52,712 nucleotides of DNA, from positions 1 to 52,712 of IMG/VR virus record IMGVR_UViG_3300021520_000236. One strand, written 5' to 3'. Position 1 is the stretch's first letter, and each line of letters starts with the position of its first letter. The position numbers and the translations under genes were made by a program. This document shows positions 45,324 to 52,712 of this stretch, in pieces. Source of the DNA: a virus. Its lineage: Duplodnaviria; Caudoviricetes. Under the pieces are notes generated by a model. It had not been told where the DNA came from. It did no database searches and was given only the letters and a program-made list of their open reading frames with translations.

Positions 45324-45530
45324 TTAGAGCTGTCCCCGGCGTTGTAGCCGAAGGATAAATTCGGAAGATTCGATGGCGTCTTGCAATTTGGCCTTGGCGG
45401 TCGCGTATTGGTTCCCGCAACCGATAAGTGCTCCCTGTGTCTTGGAAGGGAGAGATCCCCAGCAAGGTTCGCAGAACTGCTTGGTTTCCTTCTTGGCCCC
45501 TCCACACGAGCATTTCCCAGTCGTGTTCAT
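45324..45530 (-). CDS. Small zinc-finger protein
   Basis: CSC........FC..CW..LP. Confidence 0.65.
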   Translation of the reverse strand: MNTTGKCSCGGAKKETKQFCEPCWGSLPSKTQGALIGCGNQYATAKAKLQDAIESSEFILRLQRRGQL

Positions 45531-45733
45531 TTGTGGGGAAAGCTGGTTTTGCTGGCGGATTCGATGTCGCGGAAAAACTTCTCCGTCTCGACTTGCTGGC
45601 GGCAGGCGTCGTATGTCCCGCGCTTGACCCCGTGCCGGTAGCCTTCGTTGTAGGCGTCTTTAACGAGCGCGTTGACTACTGCCGTGATCCCGACGATGGA
45701 AAGCAGGCCGGATAGGATGAAAATGGCAATCAT
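45527..45733 (-). CDS. Small TM protein, paralogue of 4745-4954
   Basis: MIAIFILSG...QQVETEKFFRDIESASKTSFPHK. Confidence 0.8.
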   Translation of the reverse strand: MIAIFILSGLLSIVGITAVVNALVKDAYNEGYRHGVKRGTYDACRQQVETEKFFRDIESASKTSFPHK

Positions 45734-45894
45734 CGTGTGCGGACGTTGAGCGTGGACGGCGGGACTTCGCTGGCGATTGTCGCGGCGTGGAGTCGGTCCT
45801 GTTCGCGGGATAACTTTTGCTGGTATTGGCCGATCAGGAGAACGGTCCCGAGGGTAAGCCAAATCAAGAACAAGATGGCGTTGTGCTTGTTCAT
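45730..45894 (-). CDS. Small TM protein (54 aa), paralogue of 4578-4748
   Basis: Hand-translated; ends REQDRLHAATIASEVPPSTLNVRTR. Confidence 0.75.
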   Translation of the reverse strand: MNKHNAILFLIWLTLGTVLLIGQYQQKLSREQDRLHAATIASEVPPSTLNVRTR

Positions 45895-46061
45895 TTGCAG
45901 AACATCTCCTGGTAGTGGGCGAAAAGGTCGGCCCAGGTGACTTCGATCCGCCTGCGGTTGTCGGGATCACCGAGTCTCCACGCGAGGGCGAGGGTCTGGA
46001 CGAACGATCCGCCATGCTCCTCCATCGCGCGGACGGCCTTGATTTTTTCCTCGATTTTCAT
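45891..46061 (-). CDS. Small phage protein (56 aa)
   Basis: Hand-translated MKIEEK...HGGSFVQTLALAW..GDPDN..RI; ATGA-coupled both sides. Confidence 0.7.
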   Translation of the reverse strand: MKIEEKIKAVRAMEEHGGSFVQTLALAWRLGDPDNRRRIEVTWADLFAHYQEMFCK

Positions 46062-46300
46062 TCTTCCTCCCCGCTGATTCCACCGTCTCGCATGTCGTTA
46101 AACCGGCGCTTGGCGTTTGTGGCTTCTTCGCGGTATTCCTGATCGTGTGTGTCGTCGCGTTCTTTGTCGCGTTCGCTGATAAGGTTCTCGGCGTTGCGGG
46201 CGATGGGGAGTGTGACTTGCGCCCAATCGTAGGCTTTGCGTGTCATAAAGACCGCCGCGAGGAGAACGACGCAGTTCGGTAGGAGGTAGTTGTTTTTCAC
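46058..46300 (-). CDS. Hypothetical protein, paralogue of 4357-4578
   Basis: LPNCVVLLAAVF.TR, RDDTHD, DMRDGGIS. Confidence 0.8.
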   Translation of the reverse strand: MKNNYLLPNCVVLLAAVFMTRKAYDWAQVTLPIARNAENLISERDKERDDTHDQEYREEATNAKRRFNDMRDGGISGEEE

Positions 46301-46536
46301 TTCCCGGCCTCCATTGCTTTGGCCCGCGCCCGTTTCAGCCGGCGAGACATGACACTCGTGAACGTGTTGGCGTCCGGGTGGACGTTCTGGCCTTTCTCAA
46401 TTAGAAAGGCGTGGATCGCCCGGAACTTGTAGCCTTTCGCCCGCATAACTTCGACGGCGCCAAGAATGGTATCGGTAGGGTATCGGCCAGCCGGGGGTAG
46501 AGCGTTTGCCGCCTCGATGAGTTCGGCGGCGCTCAT
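46297..46536 (-). CDS. Hypothetical DNA-binding protein
   Basis: MRAKGY.FRAI..FL...G. Confidence 0.6.
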   Translation of the reverse strand: MSAAELIEAANALPPAGRYPTDTILGAVEVMRAKGYKFRAIHAFLIEKGQNVHPDANTFTSVMSRRLKRARAKAMEAGK

Positions 46537-47195
46537 TGTTTCAAACGGGCGTGCCCGTATTTGGTTTGAACGTGGCCGGATTTCTTGGCTTCGCTCAGGT
46601 GGTAGTAGAATGTCGTCTTGCTCACATTCAACATCCCGGAAAGCTCAACGGTGTTCTGCCATTCCGTTGTGAGGATTTCCAAGACGTTGAAACCTGATTT
46701 TGCCGTTTTGGTAGCCTTGCGGGTTGGCGCTTTGTTCTTCCAGACGAGAGAACGTGCCGTTGTTGCCGCCGCATCCGCGCCGATGTCCATTGACCGGAGC
46801 CAAGCGAAGATGTCCGCGAAGTCGCGGGCAACCGGGTATCGGTCGAAGTCGAGGGAGGATTGGAGGTAGAAGCCGTTCTGCCGGATCGCCGGGAGGACTT
46901 CCGATGTCACCCACAGCCGGAAGGCGACCGCCTGCGGCTTCCGGGATTTGAAGATCAGCGCGTAGAGGCCGGATTCGCTGATGAGGTTGTAGGATTGTGC
47001 GCCATTTCCGGCCCGACCCTCAGGATTACTGAGGGTCATCTTTTCGAAATCTTCAAGAGAGCGGATAGCCTCAGTGGTGTTCCCGATTTCCAGCACCCGG
47101 CAGACATCCGCCGCAACGAACCAGGGCGAGTTCTCCCGGTCAACAACCCGGACGGGGTTTTCTTTGAAGTCGAATACTTGGAGGCTCATTTCCAT
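46533..47195 (-). CDS. BRO-N domain antirepressor (start 47195 or 47189)
   Basis: PWFVAADVC.VL, ISESGLYALIFKSRKP.A..F..WVT.EVLP.IR. Confidence 0.92.
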   Translation of the reverse strand: MEMSLQVFDFKENPVRVVDRENSPWFVAADVCRVLEIGNTTEAIRSLEDFEKMTLSNPEGRAGNGAQSYNLISESGLYALIFKSRKPQAVAFRLWVTSEVLPAIRQNGFYLQSSLDFDRYPVARDFADIFAWLRSMDIGADAAATTARSLVWKNKAPTRKATKTAKSGFNVLEILTTEWQNTVELSGMLNVSKTTFYYHLSEAKKSGHVQTKYGHARLKQ

Positions 47196-47356
47196 GCCCC
47201 TTTCTCCGCGAGAAACTCTTCGAGCACCTGAGTTACCACGGATGACCGTGTGCGGCGTTTCTGTTGCGCGAATTTTTCGAGGGCCATCAAAAGATCTGGT
47301 TTAAGGGATATTCCCGCGCTCTTGGCTCTCATCTCTTTTGGAAGTGGACGGCTCAT
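47186..47356 (-). CDS. Third ribbon-helix-helix protein (56 aa, below ORF-track cutoff)
   Basis: Hand-translated AGISLKPDLLMALEKFAQQKRRTRSSVVTQVLEEFL; ATGA-coupled. Confidence 0.75.
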   Translation of the reverse strand: MSRPLPKEMRAKSAGISLKPDLLMALEKFAQQKRRTRSSVVTQVLEEFLAEKGAWK

Positions 47357-47541
47357 TTTGAGGATGTCTGAGGTTCACTTAACCCTTGAAGTAAAAAAAT
47401 AACGTGCTGGTTGACAGAACGGCAGCTTGCGCGAGCTTCCCGGACCAACTTCGTTTTGATGTCACGGGGTATCATCAAGGATAGTGGCAAGGCGCTTGCC
47501 CGTTTCGGCTGCTTTTTTTGTGGCGGCGAGGATTGCTTCAT
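47353..47541 (-). CDS. Arc-like ribbon-helix-helix protein, overlapping the upstream gene by 80 nt
   Basis: LSLMIPRDIKTKL..EA....RSVN..VI.LL. Confidence 0.8.
   Translation of the reverse strand: MKQSSPPQKKQPKRASALPLSLMIPRDIKTKLVREARASCRSVNQHVIFLLQGLSEPQTSSK
47371..47385. promoter_or_regulatory. Second copy of arm B operator AGGTTCACTTAACCC inside the RHH coding sequence
   Basis: Identical 15-mer at 47730-47744. Confidence 0.75.
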
Positions 47542-47707
47542 AGTCTTTTACTGAGATTGGAATGTTTGCGGTTTTTGCTGCGAGAATTTCAATCACCAGT
47601 TCAGACAATGAAATTCCCTGAGACTTCGCCATACGAACAAGGCGAACCTTGATCGTGCGGGGGAGAGAGAGGGAGAATGGCTCCTTGTCTGGTGAATGCT
47701 GGTTCAT
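47462..47707 (-). CDS. Ribbon-helix-helix regulator (repressor candidate)
   Basis: FSLSLPRTIKVRL..MAKSQGISLSELV..IL. Confidence 0.8.
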   Translation of the reverse strand: MNQHSPDKEPFSLSLPRTIKVRLVRMAKSQGISLSELVIEILAAKTANIPISVKDYEAILAATKKAAETGKRLATILDDTP

Positions 47708-47771
47708 TGAAACAAGTGCAATATAAACAAGGTTCACTTAACCCGTCAACAATTATTTTGAATTATTTTTC
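47708..47771 (-). promoter_or_regulatory. Arm B early promoter (UP element, TTGACG-18-TATATT) with operator in the spacer
   Basis: 47743-47771 is a 28/29 inverted copy of 2825-2853. Confidence 0.8.
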
Positions 47772-47794
47772 ATGCCCCAGAATCCCTGTGTTTA

Positions 47795-48388
47795 TCAGGG
47801 TTTGACGGGATCAAGCGGTGATGCTTCGACAAGATCACCCTTGAAAAACTGGCCACGGATATCTTCGGCCACAATGCTTGATAACGGAAGAGTTGATCCG
47901 CTATCCTCGTCTCCGGGAGAACCGGGATCGTATTCAGCCTTCATCTCAACATGCAGAGGAGATGCCGACGACAGAGAGAAGAAAAGCAGGGATTTTACCT
48001 TTGGAAATTCCTTGTTCGTTTCAATGATGCTCGCCGCTTGCTCTTTGGAGCACCTCAATTCTACCCAGTAGCCAGCGTCAGCACTGAAAAACGCAAAAAT
48101 CCCCTTTGGCGTCCGATATATGCCAAAATCATCGGACGAGACCCAATAAAGTTGTTTTGGCGCATCTGCAATCCTGTCCTGTATCTCAATCGTGAATCCA
48201 TCCCGCTTGTATATGTCGTCAAAAGCCCCAGACCGAAAATCAATCGCATCGGGATGCTTGCCCTTTGCTGCGGCACGCGTTTTGTCCGCTTCAGTTTGCT
48301 TTTTTGGAACTACTTTTGCGGATCTCTCGCACGATGTAGCAGCAAGCGCGATTGCCGCTGAGATGATGATTCCAATGTATTTTCTCAT
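47795..48388 (-). CDS. Lipoprotein (moron-like)
   Basis: MRKYIGIIISAAIALAATSC lipobox. Confidence 0.7.
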   Translation of the reverse strand: MRKYIGIIISAAIALAATSCERSAKVVPKKQTEADKTRAAAKGKHPDAIDFRSGAFDDIYKRDGFTIEIQDRIADAPKQLYWVSSDDFGIYRTPKGIFAFFSADAGYWVELRCSKEQAASIIETNKEFPKVKSLLFFSLSSASPLHVEMKAEYDPGSPGDEDSGSTLPLSSIVAEDIRGQFFKGDLVEASPLDPVKP

Positions 48389-48726
48389 GGCTTCGCATCT
48401 TTCCAGAACATCACCGCCGCAATTACCAGGCTCGCCACGGCGATCTTGTCGAGAGTCTGCCACATATCACGCTTGAAATGGAATTCGATTACCGGATTAA
48501 ACAGAATCGCCTGAGCCCCGAAGATCACGGTCCACGCTACCCGGCCAATCAGGTTTGCTGTGAAAGCAGAATAGAGGAAACCGGCACAGCATATCCACCG
48601 CAGAGAAGTATAGAACCCATGAGGATTGCGCTCGGTGACAGCGCTGGCGAGCATGAGGAACATCAGAGCCGCGAAAATATAGAATCCCCACACAAAGCCT
48701 CTGATAGTCGATTGTTCGGAATCCAT
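48385..48726 (-). CDS. DUF6804-like membrane protein
   Basis: P.GFY..LRW, AILFNP......R..W...D. Confidence 0.75.
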   Translation of the reverse strand: MDSEQSTIRGFVWGFYIFAALMFLMLASAVTERNPHGFYTSLRWICCAGFLYSAFTANLIGRVAWTVIFGAQAILFNPVIEFHFKRDMWQTLDKIAVASLVIAAVMFWKDAKP

Positions 48727-48798
48727 TTTGATTCACAATACTGATAACACCCTTACCAATGATCCAGCAAAATGTGCAATGTTCGCTCAAATCTCGCG

Positions 48799-48908
48799 CC
48801 CGGAAATCTCGCAGATTTCCGGGAAATTTTCCGGGGTTAATCAATTAATGGATAGATGTTTATGAGAATCTTCCGGGAACGAACTTGGTCCCGGAAATCT
48901 GTCCGGAA
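48799..48908. repeat. Cluster of CCGGAAAT(C/T)T direct and inverted repeats; possible recombination arm sites
   Basis: CCCGGAAATCT-CGC-AGATTTCCGGG hairpin and another CCCGGAAATCT near 48890. Confidence 0.45.
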
Positions 48909-48956
48909 CATTTACAACTCATTCACTATCAACGAGTTAGGGAATAACGCATAAAC

Positions 48957-49001
48957 AAAGAATGCAGCGCCGCTGCTCCGCGCGGACGCTGCATTCTTTT
49001 T
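48957..49001. terminator. Terminator-like hairpin
   Basis: AAAGAATGCAGCG ... CGCTGCATTCTTTTT. Confidence 0.65.
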
Positions 49002-49029
49002 GTGCGGCATTTTTTTAATAAGTCAAGAT

Positions 49030-49227
49030 TTATTTTTTGGCCAGCGCCCTCGCCACGCGCTTCTTGAGCGCCTGGGCGGCGAGCCAAGCCGGATCACTGG
49101 CCTGGAGAGCATACCAGTCCGCCTTGCGCTTCGCCTCGGCCTGCCGGAACTCCTCGTCGGTCCAGTATCTCCCCATATACCAGACGGTGTGGTTTTTCCG
49201 GTAATCCGCTTTCTTCCTGAACGGCAT
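49030..49227 (-). CDS. Small basic hypothetical protein
   Basis: MPFRKKADY...; hairpin downstream. Confidence 0.45.
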   Translation of the reverse strand: MPFRKKADYRKNHTVWYMGRYWTDEEFRQAEAKRKADWYALQASDPAWLAAQALKKRVARALAKK

Positions 49228-49346
49228 GGATGCAGTCAACCACACTTCCTAAAAGGAATCAAGTTGAATCAAAAACGGGAAATGCCGTAAATATCCGCCG
49301 TAACTCATCCGGCATAGATTCACAATCTCTTGATTATGAAGGGGAG

Positions 49347-49419
<73 letters not shown>

Positions 49420-49651
49420 ATTTGCCGGATTCCCTCTGTAGATTGATCCGGTTTCGGTGTCAACGAGATTTTTCACCGAGGCGATTTGACCCTCTATGGC
49501 TCTGTATAGAATTTGAGGTTGCCACCCCTCCGTGCCACCCCAATTCGCAAGAAACACGGTGGGGGGGGCCGATTTCCAGATTTCCGAAGAAAAATGGAAA
49601 AAAGATGGGGGCGAGGGGGTTGACATTTTCGGGTTTCCAATCAGTAGGGGC

Positions 49652-50764
49652 ATGAAAAGAAAATCATGCACACAGTTGACCGGACTCTCCCGAAAGAAAA
49701 CCGGAATTTACCAATACCGTCCACAAGTCAACGGGAAGAGGACGGCATTCTCTCTCAGGACAAAAGATTTCGAAGAGGCGATACACAGGGCACTTCTGAT
49801 TAAGGATACGACTCCTGTGCAGACCAAGGATAGTCTCCTTTCGCTTGTTGAGGAGTTCGTCCGGTTCAAAGAAAACAAAGGCAAGTTCAGTCGGTTCAGC
49901 GTTTCCGACAAATACGGTATGCTCAAAAGATTCGCCACCTTTTGTGGTGACAACATTCCGGTTGGGAGCATGAATCCGAAAAAAATCGGTGAGTTTTTTG
50001 CCGATTGCGAGAATCGCTCTTTGGCGCAATCTACCTTGTCAGGCTACAAAACCAACATTCAGAGCTTTTTTTCGTGGTGCAACGAGGAAAAACGACTGCA
50101 TGTTCATCATTTTATATCAGCGTTAAAAGAGTTCGAATTTGTGTCAGAGGCGAGGACTGATTACATCCCACAGTCGGAAATCAATCGCCTCTTAAATGAA
50201 TGTGACGACGAGGTTGTAAAATACGTGCTGATCTGTGGTGCCTTTCTTGGAATGCGAAAAAACGAGATCATTGAGTCAAGGCGGGAGTGGTTCGATTTTG
50301 ATCGTCAAATCTGTCGTGTTCAGAATTGCAATGCGAAAAAGGCGCAAGCTGAAAGCCTTGATCTGTTTCGCGTGAAAAACAAAAAAGAGAGGGATGTTCC
50401 GATCATTCCCGAATTGCAGGAATGGTTGGCGAGGTTTGTTGAAGGGAAAGAATATTGTCTGGCAAGTGGAAAAAGGCGCGGGAAATCAAAGTATCGCTTC
50501 AACTACGAGAAGAGGTTCAAGACTTTTCTAAAAAAGAAAGGGATGCTACATGTTTCAAGCCACACACTGAGGCATTCATTTGCTACAAATCTAGCAATAG
50601 GGAATGTTCGGATTGAAAAAATAGCTTCAATGCTAGGGGATTCGATCAAAACAACAGAAAAACATTACGCGAGGTTTATCCCAGACCAATCATCAGTAGG
50701 AATTCTATCGTTGGGACTTGTGACTCAGGAATCTCCTATTGAATCAGATAGTTGGAGCATCTAG
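49652..50764 (+). CDS. int: Tyrosine recombinase / integrase
   Basis: GMRKNE, KNK..R.VP, HTLRHSFA, LGD, HYA. Confidence 0.92.
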   Translation: MKRKSCTQLTGLSRKKTGIYQYRPQVNGKRTAFSLRTKDFEEAIHRALLIKDTTPVQTKDSLLSLVEEFVRFKENKGKFSRFSVSDKYGMLKRFATFCGDNIPVGSMNPKKIGEFFADCENRSLAQSTLSGYKTNIQSFFSWCNEEKRLHVHHFISALKEFEFVSEARTDYIPQSEINRLLNECDDEVVKYVLICGAFLGMRKNEIIESRREWFDFDRQICRVQNCNAKKAQAESLDLFRVKNKKERDVPIIPELQEWLARFVEGKEYCLASGKRRGKSKYRFNYEKRFKTFLKKKGMLHVSSHTLRHSFATNLAIGNVRIEKIASMLGDSIKTTEKHYARFIPDQSSVGILSLGLVTQESPIESDSWSI

Positions 50765-51015
50765 GAGACTCCGATAGCAATAGGCTCTTCAGACTCTATA
50801 TGAATACCCGATTTGAAATACAGGAGAACTTTATCAATATCTTCACGCCAATACAATGTCATCTTATGACGTTTTTCAAATGGCTTGAGGTGATATTCGA
50901 CCTCAAGAATCTGGAGTATTCTTTCACCACCAACGTAGGCAATAGTATCTCGTCTATTCAATATTTTCGCTATTGGCGAATGTTCCCAAGGTGCAACATA
51001 AGTCCTATTTTTCAT
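50761..51015 (-). CDS. Possible excisionase-like protein
   Basis: Convergent with int; LNRRD...YVG and LY.REDID. Confidence 0.45.
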   Translation of the reverse strand: MKNRTYVAPWEHSPIAKILNRRDTIAYVGGERILQILEVEYHLKPFEKRHKMTLYWREDIDKVLLYFKSGIHIESEEPIAIGVS

Positions 51016-51331
51016 AAGAATATTTATTGCGTGTCTTTAGAATGCAAGGGTTTGGTCAGACATTTGTCCTATAAAAGTGCCGAAATGTTCTTGAAAAATC
51101 AGAATCCAGTTAAAAATAGATTCATTTTTAATCTGGCAGCACCTCGAATAAGCCGTCTTGGCCATTATTACACTAAGTCCAACCCAGCACGATTTGAAAT
51201 TACGCGCTCGAATATAAATATCTACAAACACCAATCAGAACACCGTGATATATCCTGAACTTACGAGTGGTGAATCGAATGTCGTTGCGCTCTTGGAAAA
51301 CAAACGCCTGACCTATGGTATGTCCTGAATA

Positions 51332-52000
51332 ATGAAAACCGAATACGTGACAGACCTTCAAAAACTTCTCCAAGCCTCAGAATCTTGGGAACCCTCTGAC
51401 CCTTCGCCTCAAGCGAAACTTTCAGAATACCCCCACCCCTCTGAAAACCCATATACCATTGTTGATTCCCAAGGTTTCCACAAAGGCAGGAAGGTTGATC
51501 CATTCTTCCATACGATCAAAGACATCCCATTCCGAATATTTCTGACGTTCCATTATCGCACCCCCCACTTTTTCAAAGCAACGCAAGACGCTATATCGGC
51601 GAGAAGATGGGTGATAAAAGACCTGCTTTACCGGACGAAAAAGGAACTGAACCTGAGAGTGAAGGACGTTCAGTATTTCGGGGCCGCTGAACGTGGAGAT
51701 TCAACTCGGATACATACACACACCTTGATCTACCTGAAAGACCATATTCGGCACATGGAACAGGCGATTCTGAACAAGCTCATTAAACTCATGCCCCGTG
51801 ACATCGTGGACACTCCCAAACCTCTCTATGGCATGACTCCTCCAAATGCAGAACTGGTTCGTGATTCCGAAGCTGTCTGCTCGTATATCACAAAACTCAG
51901 CGACCACCCGCTGCATGAGGAACACCATTCTGACCATTTCGATAAATTCGTGAATGCCTTGCGGAAATACCAGAAACGGATGACTGGCGCGAAGGACTGA
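51332..52000 (+). CDS. HUH rolling-circle replication initiator-like protein
   Basis: Motif I FLTFHY, motif II E......IHTHTLI, motif III YITK. Confidence 0.7.
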   Translation: MKTEYVTDLQKLLQASESWEPSDPSPQAKLSEYPHPSENPYTIVDSQGFHKGRKVDPFFHTIKDIPFRIFLTFHYRTPHFFKATQDAISARRWVIKDLLYRTKKELNLRVKDVQYFGAAERGDSTRIHTHTLIYLKDHIRHMEQAILNKLIKLMPRDIVDTPKPLYGMTPPNAELVRDSEAVCSYITKLSDHPLHEEHHSDHFDKFVNALRKYQKRMTGAKD

Positions 52001-52052
52001 ACTGCTTATGGCATTTCATTGAGAATCGAGCTGCCCGTGATAAGTATTTCAA

Positions 52053-52712
52053 ATGAATCCGACCCTTTCCAAGAAACCAAGAATAGCACTCAAACGACTT
52101 GCTGATTTTCAACGCATGGTCCTTGGTCACTGGGAGCTAGAGGACACGGTTTGCCTTCGTCCCAAAGACATTCCTGAAATTGGTTTATCGTGGGCCGGAT
52201 ACATTTTCCGCTGCACATGGGAAAACGGCATGATCTCGGTTTGTGCCATTTGTCCACGTTCCGAACACATGGTTGTTTACGTGTTCGCGGATAGGGACTC
52301 CTTTGAGTTTCACATTCCGGCGCGAACTGAAAATTCCGAAGAAGAACGACAGCCTTGCGAATCCTACTCCATCCTTCTCGGAAATATTGCAGTGCGATTG
52401 AGCCAGCTTGGTTTGGTTGCTTCGCTGAATTCGGCAAAACATATCGACCCGCATCTCGAATATCCGCTGAATTTCCGGTGGTCTGAGATCCTGCTGCGAT
52501 CCATGTGCAAGGACGGAGAGACAGAACTACTCTACGCCATCGACAAAACCGGAAAAAAAGCAGTCGTGTATGTCAATTCCGAGAATGGAACGAGGCTTGA
52601 TCCGAGGTTTGTGGAAAATGCCTATCAGGTGGATTCAGAGAATTTGAGGATGAGGCACCGGAACGAAAATCTGGAATCCCTCGTTTGTGACGAATTTTTG
52701 GATTCTCCCTGA
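52053..52712 (+). CDS. Hypothetical protein
   Basis: 219-aa ORF with no recognised motif. Confidence 0.55.
   Translation: MNPTLSKKPRIALKRLADFQRMVLGHWELEDTVCLRPKDIPEIGLSWAGYIFRCTWENGMISVCAICPRSEHMVVYVFADRDSFEFHIPARTENSEEERQPCESYSILLGNIAVRLSQLGLVASLNSAKHIDPHLEYPLNFRWSEILLRSMCKDGETELLYAIDKTGKKAVVYVNSENGTRLDPRFVENAYQVDSENLRMRHRNENLESLVCDEFLDSP

Larger units (their letters stand above)
1168..49346. mobile_element. Composite prophage region between the 3' ends of two convergent tRNA genes: early arm A (+), lambda-like structural and lysis module (+), early arm B (-)
   Basis: Integrase, phage recombination/replication genes, terminase, portal, capsid, tail; no host housekeeping genes inside; no duplicated tRNA 3' end (att) noticed. 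Confidence 0.9.
49480..52712. mobile_element. Third, AT-richer integrative element (integrase, Xis-like gene, HUH Rep); continues beyond the window
   Basis: Gene content and visible drop in GC. Confidence 0.65.

Noticed and set aside
44390-45505. Long ORF-track starts (45505, 46015, 48463, 49532, 28163, 25354, 12857, 3600)
   Set aside because: The extensions overlap other coupled genes; internal ATGs give better operon packing.
50752-51258. 168-aa plus-strand ORF after the right integrase
   Set aside because: No motifs, overlaps the more plausible minus-strand Xis-like ORF, and lies in AT-rich DNA; left uncalled.

Overview
The window opens with a host MoxR AAA+ ATPase gene and tRNA-Asn(GTT). 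About 48 kb of prophage DNA follows, ending at an inward-facing tRNA-Gly(GCC), and a third, more AT-rich integrative element (tyrosine integrase plus HUH Rep) lies beyond it. A Verrucomicrobia/PVC host is only a guess. The prophage has one lambda-like morphogenesis and lysis module (GpA terminase, gpW, portal, protease/scaffold, capsid, non-contractile tail, fibre, lysis genes). It is flanked by two homologous early/replication arms that face each other: arm A (+, 2.8-13.8 kb) and arm B (-, 47.8-35.3 kb). Each arm has a near-identical promoter, overlapping ribbon-helix-helix repressors with its own operator, an antirepressor, an AAA_24 / PD-(D/E)XK / SSB-like trio, a RuvC-like gene and a helicase. 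The strongest signal is at 35.5-38.8 kb: an array of nine integron attC-like sites (7 complete, 2 partial) with no integron integrase in the window. The genes run antisense to normal cassette orientation, start and stop inside the attC hairpins, and all eight genes entering a crossover core read its AAC as an in-frame Asn. This suggests a phage cassette- and protein-terminus-shuffling system. Other findings are a TTTGACAC late-gene motif whose TTGACA begins exactly 19 nt before three start codons, an apparently circularly permuted Cas4-like nuclease, an atypical tRNA-Met with an upstream structured RNA, a -1 frameshift tail chaperone, and a glycosyltransferase in the head-tail region. All protein calls come from motif recognition by eye; no searches were run.
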